This document shows positions 9,206 through 17,719 of a DNA stretch of 64,000 nt, piece by piece. How positions within the stretch are numbered: position 1 is the first letter of the stretch; each line of letters begins with the position of its first letter. The stretch is from a virus (taxonomy: Duplodnaviria; Heunggongvirae; Uroviricota; Caudoviricetes), in the IMG/VR virus record IMGVR_UViG_3300031760_000004, positions 28,294 through 92,293 of that record; one strand, 5' to 3'. Position numbers and translations under genes: made by a program. The notes beneath the pieces were generated by a model. The model made no database searches. It saw only the letters and a program-made list of their open reading frames with translations, and was not told where the DNA came from.

Positions 9206-9994
9206 ATGGCTGACGCACGTTTCAAGCCCATAGGCGGCATGTTCCAGGGCGTACGCGGCTCCACCGACGTAGGAGGAGCCAAAAAGTACGCCGGCAAGCT
9301 TGTTAAGCTCAATTCAGAAGGCATTGTCGACGAAACGTGCCTTCCGCCCGACGTGGCACGCGCCGCGGACCTGTCCCACCGTCTCGACGTCGAGATAGAG
9401 GAGCGGACGGAAGGCGACCTCGCCCTTTCAGGGCGCATAACCGACCTGGGACGCGTGGTGGACTCGAACTACGACGGGCTTTCGGCCTCGATCGGAGATA
9501 CGGCCGCCCGGCTGCAGGCGCTCGACGAGCGCGAAGCGGGCGACATCGCCTCAGTCACCGGTGAAATAGACGGCGTCAAGACGCGCATGGACGCCGCCGA
9601 GCGGGGCATACAGGACAACGCGCACAGCATTTCGGACATAAACAACGCCATATCCGACTTGGTTGACGCGGAAACCAGTCTGAGGGCGAGGATCGCGGCC
9701 CTTGAAACGTCCGTAAACGGCGACGACACGCACAAGGGCCTCGTTGAGAAGGTATCGGACCTGAACCTGGCGTACAACAGGCTCGACGCGGCCGTGACCA
9801 CGCTCAACGGCGAGCTCGCGTCGTGGGCCACCAACCTTTCAAACCTCCTCCAGGAGGTCCAGAACATGAAGCAGGACATGGACGCGTACAAGGACAGCAC
9901 GGACACGCATCTCGGCGAGATAGACGACGAAATCTCGTCAATCAACGCCAAGATCGAAGAGATCTACAACAGGCTCGTGCCGCCCAATTCGTGA
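9206..9994 (+). CDS. Coiled-coil protein (structural or assembly-like)
   Basis: 262 aa with long heptad-like stretches (RLQALDEREAGDIASVTGEIDGVKTRMDAAERGIQDNAHSISDINNAISDLVDAETSLRARIAALETSV). Confidence 0.5.
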   Translation: MADARFKPIGGMFQGVRGSTDVGGAKKYAGKLVKLNSEGIVDETCLPPDVARAADLSHRLDVEIEERTEGDLALSGRITDLGRVVDSNYDGLSASIGDTAARLQALDEREAGDIASVTGEIDGVKTRMDAAERGIQDNAHSISDINNAISDLVDAETSLRARIAALETSVNGDDTHKGLVEKVSDLNLAYNRLDAAVTTLNGELASWATNLSNLLQEVQNMKQDMDAYKDSTDTHLGEIDDEISSINAKIEEIYNRLVPPNS

Positions 9995-10011
9995 GACAGG
10001 AGCCGCAAAGA

Positions 10012-10404
10012 ATGAAGGGCGAGACAGCTGCGGACGCCGGAGGCCCGGATTCCGGCAAAACGAGGGGCGCAAGACGGTTCAGCTCCCGCACGATCGAGAA
10101 ACGGGACGCAAAACGCCTGTTTTTATTGAAGTTCCACGCCATGCACAAGGTGAACCACATTCCGTGGTCCGACTGCGCGGCGATGTACGAGGCCGAAACC
10201 GGCGAGGCCGTGACGGAGGACCAGCTTAGGAACCGCGTGAAACGCGCCGTGATGGACGCAGGATTCGTCAAAATCTCCGAATTTCCGGAAAAAATCGTGG
10301 TTTCGGTGTTCGAACTGTCGTTTTTCGGGTGTGTCTGGTGCGCAATCCGCAAGTTTTTCTCAAAAATAGGTCGTTTTAGCCAAAAATCAGCCAAAATTTG
10401 CTGA
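10012..10404 (+). CDS. Hypothetical protein; C-terminus may be spurious read-through into an A-tract repeat region
   Basis: Internal Met of ORF 9823..10404. The last ~30 codons translate the phased A/T-tract repeats. Confidence 0.3.
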   Translation: MKGETAADAGGPDSGKTRGARRFSSRTIEKRDAKRLFLLKFHAMHKVNHIPWSDCAAMYEAETGEAVTEDQLRNRVKRAVMDAGFVKISEFPEKIVVSVFELSFFGCVWCAIRKFFSKIGRFSQKSAKIC

Positions 10405-10470
10405 AAAACGGCTGAAAAATGGCGTTTTTAGGCAAAAATCGCCGCAAAACCGCAACAAGGACCAAAAAAT
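10330..10470. repeat. Helically phased A-tract and T-tract direct repeats (unit GCnnAAAAAtnGC, at least 7 copies about 11 bp apart)
   Basis: agccaaaaatcagcc / agccaaaatttgc / gctgaaaaacggc / gctgaaaaatggc / ggcaaaaatcgcc / gccgcaaaaccgc / accaaaaaatgcc, preceded by T-tracts (tcgtttttcggg, caagtttttctc). Confidence 0.6.
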
Positions 10471-11689
10471 GCCGTCCACAGCGCTTACACCAGATCCGGG
10501 GCTGGCCCAAGTCCTTTCAGAACTCCATCCCGCCGAGCCAGTCGTGCAGTACCGCAGCAACGTATCGCTCCTGATTCTCGGCGGAAGCTACAATGTTGGT
10601 TCTACAAGGGTGTTCATGCCCACGGATCTCATTCTGAACACCGCGCTCATGAACGTCGAGCCGGTCAACTACGCGTTTCCCATGTCAGTGGACATCGACG
10701 TTGGTGGATCCGCGTCCTCGATTCCTCCGGGAAGCGACTGCGGCATATATCTCGGCGATGACGGAAAGCTCAGATTGCTGCTATACGCCGGCGACGAAAT
10801 ATACGTCACTGGCGGAAATCCGCTGACAATGAGGTGTCTCGGCGGTTATCACACGCTGTGCTACGGAGTCGGGGTCCTAGGGATGCGCCCGGAGTCAGTG
10901 TACCCCGGCCAGGCACACCCGCTTTCATCCTTCACGGCCGGCGACATACTGCCAAAATCGGTATGGGCGTTCAATTTCAGGCCGGACTGCCCTGATCCCA
11001 CCGGGATGGTGTACATTTCGGAGACTAACACGTGGATCGACATATACCCGGCGTCCGGAAGCATGTCGAACCCCAAGTCCGTTTTCTCGTACAACCCCTC
11101 GGCCTTCGGGCAGGACGTGATACGGCGGAGGACCAGCGGCCACGACCAGACGGTCTACGTCGACCTGCACGCCTCATACTCGGGGTTCATGACCGGTTTC
11201 GCGGCGGTCGGCAAGAGGCTGCCCTATTCGGACGAGTTCTATTTCGCGGCCCTTGGGTCGAACTGCCGTACGATCGCCGACGGTACGTTTATAGACTATG
11301 TGCCTGGCCACATGCCGTACGCGGACTGGCACACCACGTATCTCAAGACTGGCGGATGGCTTGACACGAAAAACGAGAGGATGATATCGTCCATCGGGTG
11401 CGAAGCAATGTGCGGCCTGGTAAACCACTGGCTGCAGGAGAGATACATACCTCAGGACGGAGGATATACGGCAACCGAGGTCGCGACGGGGAACGCGAAC
11501 TCCGAGGGTATGTACGCGTCTGGCACGTCGATATTGCTCGCCGGTGGAAGCTACAAGAACTTTGCCGCCAACATACCGGTGTCGGGACCGATGTGCCGTA
11601 GAATCGTCAATAACAACGTGTCGTTTACTGGCGGATACGACAACGCCGGGGCGAGAGGCGTGTGCCCGTGCCGGCAGACCGCGAGGTAG
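10469..11689 (+). CDS. Tail fibre / receptor-binding-like protein, paralog A
   Basis: 406 aa. Shares PKSVWAFNFRPDCPDPTGMVYISETNTWIDIYPASG and MISSIGCEAMCGLVNHWLQERY with the downstream 818-aa protein. Confidence 0.5.
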   Translation: MPSTALTPDPGLAQVLSELHPAEPVVQYRSNVSLLILGGSYNVGSTRVFMPTDLILNTALMNVEPVNYAFPMSVDIDVGGSASSIPPGSDCGIYLGDDGKLRLLLYAGDEIYVTGGNPLTMRCLGGYHTLCYGVGVLGMRPESVYPGQAHPLSSFTAGDILPKSVWAFNFRPDCPDPTGMVYISETNTWIDIYPASGSMSNPKSVFSYNPSAFGQDVIRRRTSGHDQTVYVDLHASYSGFMTGFAAVGKRLPYSDEFYFAALGSNCRTIADGTFIDYVPGHMPYADWHTTYLKTGGWLDTKNERMISSIGCEAMCGLVNHWLQERYIPQDGGYTATEVATGNANSEGMYASGTSILLAGGSYKNFAANIPVSGPMCRRIVNNNVSFTGGYDNAGARGVCPCRQTAR

Positions 11690-11692
11690 GGC

Positions 11693-14149
11693 ATGGCGGC
11701 CAGAAATCTGAGACAGAATGCGAAGTCGCGGAGGGATGCGTCGGACGACCCAGTGGTAGTTTTAGACCCGTCGCCGTCCGAAGGGCTGCGCGAAAGCTAC
11801 CCGGCGTCCCCGGTGGTGTCATGCCCGGACCCGGACCATGTCAAGGTTCTGTCTGGAAGGTACCTTGTCAACGGCAAGTTCGTGTTCATTCCGGAGGACA
11901 CCCTCGTGCGGCACCCGTACTCCAAAAAGAACAGGGTGAAGTTCCCCGGCAGGGACATGGCCGTGCTGCTCGGGTCGGACGCCGCGATAAAGCTGGCGGT
12001 GTTTGATCCGAGAATCGACATGGCGTCCGCAATCCGGGACGGCGTCGAGGTGTCAGGGATAAGATACCGGGTTCTCGGAGGCGTACACCTCCTGTGCGAG
12101 GGCACCGCGTCGCTCGACCAGTCCCACCCGCTGTTCGGGCTTGTTGCCGGATCGATGTTGCCGGCGTCGGCGTGGGCGCTCAACTTCAGGCCGGCGTGCC
12201 CCGATCCCAGGGCAATGGCCTATGTAAAGGAGACAGACGTCTGGGTTGACATATACAACGCGTCTGGGGACATCGCGGCGCCTGAAAGCCGGTTCGGAGG
12301 CATACGGCTTGCGGCGAGATCGCAGACTGAGCTGTCCACCGGGTTGGGAAACGTCGGCAAGCTCCTTCCCACGGATGCCGACTTCCTGTCGGCGGCCCTC
12401 GGCTCCAACGCCGGAACGACCGTGATGCAGAACCCCAACTTCGGTGCAAGGTTCGCGCTATACAGGAACAGCCAGTATAACGCGTTTAGACCACCGGAAG
12501 ACGGAGAGTACTACAGGAACGAGCGGAACGTGTATTACGCCGACCTGAAAAACGACACGACCGGTGGCCATGTAGACACGCGCTACCGCAGGATGGTGTC
12601 CGACATCGGGTGCGAGGAGATGTGCGGCCTGCAGCGGCAGTTTCTCAGGACCGTCAGGCCGGACGTGTCAAAAAACGTGTACAGAACTGTGGAGAAGTCA
12701 GTCCAATATCTGGAATGGGATTTCGCGGGCATATGCAGCTTCGGCTCCAACGCCGTTGAAATAGATCCCATGTGGTTTCAGGACGTCACCGCCTTCAACA
12801 TCTCCGCCGCATGCGCCGGCGGCGGGGCGTGCGACATGCAGGCGGCGTGCGGTCCGGCAAGCCGGTCAGGCACTTCCGCGGTGTCTCCCGGACCGAGCGA
12901 CCGGCCATCATCTTACAGTACATACCCGTTGGCGAGTCTTGTCGGAGACGAGCCGCCATACACCTTCAAATTCTACAGGGACGACATCCTGTCCGGAGAA
13001 AATCACCTCACCGAGGGGCCAAACCCGGACGCCATATTCGCACCGTACTATACCGGCTCCAGGGGGGCGAGCCCGTGCATACACATCAGCCTGGTACACC
13101 ACGAGGTGCCGTCCGGCATATTGCCAGACTTCATGTGGTTCAGGAACGTCTGGACGGAGCCGCTCGTGCTCAACTTCGAGAACACGGGTTACGGAAGCAT
13201 CAGGGCCGTGCTTGAGTTCTCGAGGCTGTCCGGGTCCATGAGCTGGAATCAGTACGAAGGGGCGCCAGAGGCCGACCGCGTGTTCAACCCCGGTGAGACC
13301 ATGTGCGTAAGGGCCCCGGTCGGAGTGGTCAACAACGCCTTCGGCAGGAGGTTCCGACCGCTGTCGCTTGGATCTTACTCCTACGACGACCGGTGGAAGC
13401 GTGTCACCGGCGCCGTGGAGGTCGGCGGAAACATCATGTCAGTGCTGGAGCATGGTGCCACGGAGTTCCCTGACTACACGACCCACTACGCGTTCCGCGA
13501 CGCCTTCAGCCAGTGCCCGTCGCTGCTGAGCTCGAGGAAGCTTGTGCTGCCGGCCAAGGTGGCGGTCTCGGGATGCTACTGCCAGATGTTCGGCGACATG
13601 AACGACAGGCCGTACCTCCCCTGGACAAAGTACATGGTCGACGCGCCGGAAATCCGCGCCATGCGCTTACGGGCCTCCACGACGTCGTCGTCGAGGATAT
13701 ACAGTCCGTTCGAATGGATGTTCGCGGGATGCACGGCGATGGTCGACCCGCCACCCGAGCTGCTCATGGAGTCAGCGCAGTACGAGGAGATGTTCCGGCA
13801 GTGCAGCTCGATGAGGCGTCCGCCGAGAATAACGGCCGAAGACTTCAGTGAGGATTCCGCCTGCTACCGCATGTTCCGTGGGTGCACGTCGATGAAGACC
13901 GTGTCGGTCCTTCATCCCGTGGGGCCTGTCGGGCCATACGCCATGTACCAGATGTTCGGCAACGGGTCGTCAGCGTCGGGAACCGGCATAAGGTACAGCA
14001 CCGAGAAGGGCGGCGACTACCAGTACGAGTGGAGTCTGCCGGAGCTTGGGTCAGGGTCCGACGGAGACAACGCCCTTACCGGAATGCTTAACGGAACCGC
14101 GGCCGTGCGCGGCCAGAAATACTACTTTACGGAGCCGCCGGTGGAATAA
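11693..14149 (+). CDS. Tail fibre / receptor-binding-like protein, paralog B, with C-terminal BspA/DUF285-like repeats (FxGCxSM)
   Basis: 818 aa. Central region paralogous to the 10469 gene (PASAWALNFRPACPDPRAMAYVKETDVWVDIYNASG; MVSDIGCEEMCGLQRQFL). C-terminus has repeated MFGDMND / MFAGCTAM / MFRQCSSM / MFRGCTSM / MFGNGSS motifs. Confidence 0.55.
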   Translation: MAARNLRQNAKSRRDASDDPVVVLDPSPSEGLRESYPASPVVSCPDPDHVKVLSGRYLVNGKFVFIPEDTLVRHPYSKKNRVKFPGRDMAVLLGSDAAIKLAVFDPRIDMASAIRDGVEVSGIRYRVLGGVHLLCEGTASLDQSHPLFGLVAGSMLPASAWALNFRPACPDPRAMAYVKETDVWVDIYNASGDIAAPESRFGGIRLAARSQTELSTGLGNVGKLLPTDADFLSAALGSNAGTTVMQNPNFGARFALYRNSQYNAFRPPEDGEYYRNERNVYYADLKNDTTGGHVDTRYRRMVSDIGCEEMCGLQRQFLRTVRPDVSKNVYRTVEKSVQYLEWDFAGICSFGSNAVEIDPMWFQDVTAFNISAACAGGGACDMQAACGPASRSGTSAVSPGPSDRPSSYSTYPLASLVGDEPPYTFKFYRDDILSGENHLTEGPNPDAIFAPYYTGSRGASPCIHISLVHHEVPSGILPDFMWFRNVWTEPLVLNFENTGYGSIRAVLEFSRLSGSMSWNQYEGAPEADRVFNPGETMCVRAPVGVVNNAFGRRFRPLSLGSYSYDDRWKRVTGAVEVGGNIMSVLEHGATEFPDYTTHYAFRDAFSQCPSLLSSRKLVLPAKVAVSGCYCQMFGDMNDRPYLPWTKYMVDAPEIRAMRLRASTTSSSRIYSPFEWMFAGCTAMVDPPPELLMESAQYEEMFRQCSSMRRPPRITAEDFSEDSACYRMFRGCTSMKTVSVLHPVGPVGPYAMYQMFGNGSSASGTGIRYSTEKGGDYQYEWSLPELGSGSDGDNALTGMLNGTAAVRGQKYYFTEPPVE

Positions 14150-14171
14150 CGTGCGACACTGTCGGAATAGG

Positions 14172-14231
14172 GCTTAAAAAAGGCCCTGAAAAGGGTATAA
14201 ACACATAGAAGGAATGGGTTAATCCTTCTAT
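14172..14231 (+). promoter_or_regulatory. Conserved intergenic module, copy 1: CTTAAAAAAGgCCCTGAAAAGGGTATAAacacat plus hairpin AGAAGGA...TCCTTCT
   Basis: One of three near-identical modules (also 17194 and 17720). Each has a CCCTGAAAA(c)GGG mini-palindrome, a TATAA box and a downstream stem-loop. It lies upstream of the 14369 gene. Confidence 0.4.
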
Positions 14232-14368
14232 TAGCCGAAAGGCGTTTGCGGCGCGGGTCCGGGTGGATTCGCGCCTTCTCTTTACGGCGCCGGCCCGGGT
14301 GGGTCGGCGTCATTCTTTCACCGCCCCTGCGCAATGCGTTCGGGGCACATGTCCAAAGGAGGACAAAA

Positions 14369-14854
14369 ATGATACTTGCTACTCTGTTCAACAGGTGGGT
14401 CGAAACCGACCCGAATTCCGTTCATCACGGTGCGGACCTTCCCGATGAGGGCGTGGCCATCGACATTGATGGACATGTGTTCAACCAGTTCGTGAAAGAT
14501 CGCGGCTGGTGGGAGTGGGAATGGGAGGACACGGGTCGGACCGTGGCTATCCCGCTGGCGCTCCGCTTTGCCTTCAAAGAAGTCGAGGCGCGCTGCGCCA
14601 TGGCTGAAAAGGCCGTGGCGGCTTACAAGGAGACTGAGAGGAAGTTCCATGATGTGGCAGCCAAGGATCCCGCCACCGCGTGGTGGCCCGGAGGGGCCAC
14701 TCCGGGCAGCCTTACCGACAAGGTTGAGGCGGACAAGTGGGAAAAGGCCCTGGACACCTCGCACCGCGCCGAGCTTGAAGCATGGCGTCTACGCGACGAA
14801 GCGGTCGACAAGCTGAATAGGCTCGCCGAGCCTCTTCTAAAGGTTGTGGCGTAA
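14369..14854 (+). CDS. Hypothetical protein (W-rich WWEWEWED motif)
   Basis: Internal Met with ribosome-binding site AAAGGAGGACAAAAATG within ORF 14246..14854. Confidence 0.5.
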   Translation: MILATLFNRWVETDPNSVHHGADLPDEGVAIDIDGHVFNQFVKDRGWWEWEWEDTGRTVAIPLALRFAFKEVEARCAMAEKAVAAYKETERKFHDVAAKDPATAWWPGGATPGSLTDKVEADKWEKALDTSHRAELEAWRLRDEAVDKLNRLAEPLLKVVA

Positions 14855-15090
14855 TGAAAGTTCTTCTACTGGGGGACTTGAGCCCAGACGGTACCGTTCC
14901 GTCAATTCCGTACAAAGCCGTTCCGGTGGCTTCTTTCGAAGAGGCCAGAGACTGGGTGCGGCATGATTCCACGCGATTAGGCCTTAGGGCCGAATTGCGT
15001 GAGAACGAAGGTTGGTGGTGGGATTATTTCAAGACTGATGGAGAGCGCGTGTATAGGTACTACGTACGCATGCTCGACCTGCACAAATAA
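14854..15090 (+). CDS. Hypothetical small protein
   Basis: 78 aa. ATGA start/stop overlap with the upstream gene. Followed by a terminator. Confidence 0.45.
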   Translation: MKVLLLGDLSPDGTVPSIPYKAVPVASFEEARDWVRHDSTRLGLRAELRENEGWWWDYFKTDGERVYRYYVRMLDLHK

Positions 15091-15094
15091 TTGA

Positions 15095-15130
15095 AAGGCC
15101 CGTCCCTGAAAGGGGCTCCGGGCTTTTTCT
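15095..15130 (+). terminator. Rho-independent terminator (repeat family, copy 1)
   Basis: GGCCCGTCCCTGAAAGGGGCTCCGGGCTTTTTCT: nested GC stems plus a T-run. Confidence 0.6.
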
Positions 15131-15160
15131 CAACACCAGCTAACTTCAGGAGAAAACATC

Positions 15161-15388
15161 ATGAGCACGATGCTTGACAATGTCAACCACCCCCTCGTCA
15201 AGCTCCGCATCGTCGACAACCTCGACACCTTCGCGGAGCTGGTCGTAAAGGCGGCAAAAGCCGCCGATGAGGTCTACGAGGCCTCGGTACAGCGCGATGA
15301 CAAAAGCGCTGACGCACTACTAAACGACCCCAGGCTCGAAGCCCTGTGGGACCTCGAGGCCTTTTTCGAGGGGTGGATCGACAACTAG
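15161..15388 (+). CDS. Hypothetical small protein
   Basis: 75 aa. Ribosome-binding site GGAGAAAACATCATG. Flanked by terminators. Confidence 0.45.
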   Translation: MSTMLDNVNHPLVKLRIVDNLDTFAELVVKAAKAADEVYEASVQRDDKSADALLNDPRLEALWDLEAFFEGWIDN

Positions 15389-15391
15389 CAA

Positions 15392-15428
15392 AAGCCCGTC
15401 CCCGCAAGGGGCTCCGGGCTTTTCTTTA
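15392..15428 (+). terminator. Rho-independent terminator (repeat family, copy 2; GCAA tetraloop)
   Basis: AAGCCCGTCCCCGCAAGGGGCTCCGGGCTTTTCTTT. Confidence 0.65.
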
Positions 15429-15436
15429 CCTGCCAC

Positions 15437-15453
15437 GCGCTGTGTGCTATACT
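15437..15453 (+). promoter_or_regulatory. Putative extended -10 promoter TGcTATACT upstream of the LpxR-like gene
   Basis: tgtgTGCTATACTgttacc lies 7 nt before the ATG-proximal region. Weak -35. Confidence 0.3.
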
Positions 15454-15459
15454 GTTACC

Positions 15460-16365
15460 ATGAAAAAGACACTTGCAATCTTTTTATCACTTCTGGCCCT
15501 CGGGCTGCACGCGGGCCGCGTGGAAGTCACCGCCGAGAACGACGTGGTCTTCGACAACTGCGACGAGGACTACACGCACGGAACTAGAATCACGTACTTC
15601 AACGACTCCGGCTGGCGCTTCGGGGCACAGCAGCAGATCTACACCCCGGACGACATAACCCTCCGCGACCAGGTTCCCGGAAGGCACCCGTACGCCGGCG
15701 CGCTGATGGGCTTCGTTGGATACCGCGACAACTACCTAGCAAAAGGCCCGGTGAGCCTCTACAACGACTACGAGCTGCTTCTTGGCGTGCTGGGGCCGTC
15801 CGCCCTCGGCAAGGAGACGCAGAGGACGATCCACAAGTGGCTTGACTGTCACATGCCAGAGGGCTGGGACCACCAGCTCCATGACGAGGCAATCGTGCAG
15901 GGCCAGTACTTCCACGGGCTTGACTGGAGGGTCATCGGCGAGGACAAGGGCTGGTCGGCCCACCTGGAGCAGGACGCTGGCGTTCTTCTCGGCACCTACC
16001 AGATCGCCGCCGGCGGAAGCCTCACGCTCAAGGCCGGGTACGGCTTCGGAATCGGAGAGTCCGACCACGAGATGTACGTCAGGTCGGCCGTCAGGCACCC
16101 GTTCAGCTCCGTGTACGTCCTCGGTGGCTGCGAGGGCCGGTGGTGGCTCCGCAACGAGCTTCTCGACGGCAACGCGCACTACGTCGGAAACCATGACACC
16201 CTCACGGTGGACAAGGAGCCGCTCACAGGCTGCCTCAAGGCCGGCGTCGGCCTCAGGATCGGCGGGGTCGAGGTGCTGGCCGTGTGGATGTGGTGGTCAC
16301 GCGAGTACAAGACGCAGGAGTCGCCGGCCGACTACGGCTCCGTCAGGCTGGGGGTGGATTTCTGA
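15460..16365 (+). CDS. Secreted LpxR (DUF2219)-like lipid A 3-O-deacylase homolog (tentative)
   Basis: Signal peptide MKKTLAIFLSLLALGLHA. In the mature protein, ENDVVF places Asn9-Asp10 at the positions of LpxR catalytic residues. It also has a YTHG motif and His near position 120-123. Beta-barrel-like G/Y-rich C-terminus. Internal Met of ORF 15346..16365. Confidence 0.5.
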   Translation: MKKTLAIFLSLLALGLHAGRVEVTAENDVVFDNCDEDYTHGTRITYFNDSGWRFGAQQQIYTPDDITLRDQVPGRHPYAGALMGFVGYRDNYLAKGPVSLYNDYELLLGVLGPSALGKETQRTIHKWLDCHMPEGWDHQLHDEAIVQGQYFHGLDWRVIGEDKGWSAHLEQDAGVLLGTYQIAAGGSLTLKAGYGFGIGESDHEMYVRSAVRHPFSSVYVLGGCEGRWWLRNELLDGNAHYVGNHDTLTVDKEPLTGCLKAGVGLRIGGVEVLAVWMWWSREYKTQESPADYGSVRLGVDF

Positions 16366-16430
16366 TGCCTTTGTTCGCGGCGTTGTTCACGATTCTCCTT
16401 CTGGAGCTCATTGTAAAGGAGTAGGGCGCG

Positions 16431-17180
16431 ATGCTCTCGAAGTACATTTGGAACAGGATCAGGCTTTTGTGGGGTTTTATGACAGGCAACACCAGAATCG
16501 CGGACCGCGGCGACACGGCGGTGGTATGCGTCGGAATGCAGACTTCGTCGAAGTACGGGGCGTGCCCCGGGGCGCAGGTGGACTCCGACTCGATGGCGTC
16601 GCTGCTCGCCAGATACGGCAACGTGCAGCTGCTTCAGAACGGCGGGGCGACAGTTTCGTCCGTCTCGGCCGTCATGAAGGCCGGAGCCGAAAAGAAGCTG
16701 TTCATATTCTACTATTCGGGACATGGCGGGCAGGGCAAGGACGCCAAGGGCCAGAACGGGGTGTCCGAGTACCTGTGCCTCAACAACGGCCCCCTGCACG
16801 ACTACGACATCTGGAGCATCGTGTCCCAGGCGAAGGGGCGCGTCGTCATGGTGTTCGACTGCTGCCACTCGGCCACCATGTTCAGGGACCAGTCGGCAGA
16901 ACCGGAAGAGCCGTTCGACAACGCCGGCTTCTCGTTCTCCATGCTGCAGGGGCCGCTGGCCCTTGGGGAGGTCAATCTCCTGGTATGGTCCGGATGCCCG
17001 GCCAACAGCTATTCATACGGGGACGCCAACGGCGGAGTGCTGACGAATGGGCTTCGCAAGGGGTTCAGCGAGTCGGACACCTACGACGACGCGTGGAGGC
17101 GCATGGAGCGTGCAGCGAGGAGCCAGAGACCGGCGAGGACCGTGATCGGTTCCGGCTTCGGCGGCCTGGTGTTCAGGTAG
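16431..17180 (+). CDS. Metacaspase / peptidase C14 caspase-like protease
   Basis: 249 aa. Catalytic His motif FYYSGHGGQ and Cys motif VFDCCHSAT match the metacaspase HG / D-x-C-H-S dyad signatures. Confidence 0.7.
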   Translation: MLSKYIWNRIRLLWGFMTGNTRIADRGDTAVVCVGMQTSSKYGACPGAQVDSDSMASLLARYGNVQLLQNGGATVSSVSAVMKAGAEKKLFIFYYSGHGGQGKDAKGQNGVSEYLCLNNGPLHDYDIWSIVSQAKGRVVMVFDCCHSATMFRDQSAEPEEPFDNAGFSFSMLQGPLALGEVNLLVWSGCPANSYSYGDANGGVLTNGLRKGFSESDTYDDAWRRMERAARSQRPARTVIGSGFGGLVFR

Positions 17181-17193
17181 CCGGGGAGCGCCG

Positions 17194-17274
17194 CTTAAAA
17201 AAGACCCTGAAACGGGTATAACTACATAGTCGGAAGATTTACTTCGGACCGTCCGGGTGGGCGGTCCTTTTTCG
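17194..17274 (+). promoter_or_regulatory. Conserved intergenic module, copy 2 (CTTAAAAAAGaCCCTGAAAcGGGTATAActacat plus hairpin), followed by GGACCGTCCGGGTGGGCGGTCC-TTTTT stem-loop
   Basis: Between the metacaspase gene and the 17257 gene. The second hairpin has a T-run and may terminate the LpxR-metacaspase transcript. Confidence 0.4.
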
Positions 17275-17628
17275 TCTTCCGCGCATAACTTGAACTGGAG
17301 GTTCACCATGAAAGCTGAAAGACAACTCGAAATCGCAAACAAGCTGGAGGCGCACGAACGGATGTTGTTCACACCGTTTGCGTGCCTGTCACTCGGGCTT
17401 CTGCCCGTGATGTTCATAGGCGTGTTCTGTATCGGCGGGTACAGCCTGTTCACGAGAATCGTGGGATGGGTGTGCTTCGCCTACATGCTGGTCACCGTTT
17501 CGCTGTTCTTCGCGATCCTGATCCTGCATTCAGCGGAAGTCTGGTTCAGAGACCGGTGGTGGAGGAAAACGGAAGACCCGTGGAAGGTCTGGCAAATAGA
17601 CCACTACGGAAAGATCATCGACGACTGA
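17257..17628 (+). CDS. Small integral membrane protein (2 TM)
   Basis: 123 aa. LSLGLLPVMFIGVFCIGGYSLFTRIVGWVCFAYMLVTVSLFFAILIL. Ribosome-binding site GGAGG. Confidence 0.5.
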   Translation: MGGPFSSSAHNLNWRFTMKAERQLEIANKLEAHERMLFTPFACLSLGLLPVMFIGVFCIGGYSLFTRIVGWVCFAYMLVTVSLFFAILILHSAEVWFRDRWWRKTEDPWKVWQIDHYGKIIDD

Positions 17629-17632
17629 GCTA

Positions 17633-17670
17633 AAAGCCCGTCCCCGCAAGGGGCTCCGGGCTTTCTTTTA
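17633..17670 (+). terminator. Rho-independent terminator (repeat family, copy 3)
   Basis: AAAAGCCCGTCCCCGCAAGGGGCTCCGGGCTTTCTTTT, identical core to copy 2. Confidence 0.65.
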
Positions 17671-17719
17671 CCCCTTTGTAAACAGGTTGTCGACAGCCTG
17701 TCAACATGTCTCAGAAGGC

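Noticed and set aside
15782-17221. 479-aa plus-strand ORF overlapping the LpxR-like and metacaspase genes in another frame
   Set aside because: It is an alternative frame across two genes with strong motifs (signal peptide plus ENDVVF, and the YSGHG / DCCHS dyad). Its product is a Ser/Arg/Thr/Gly-rich low-complexity sequence.
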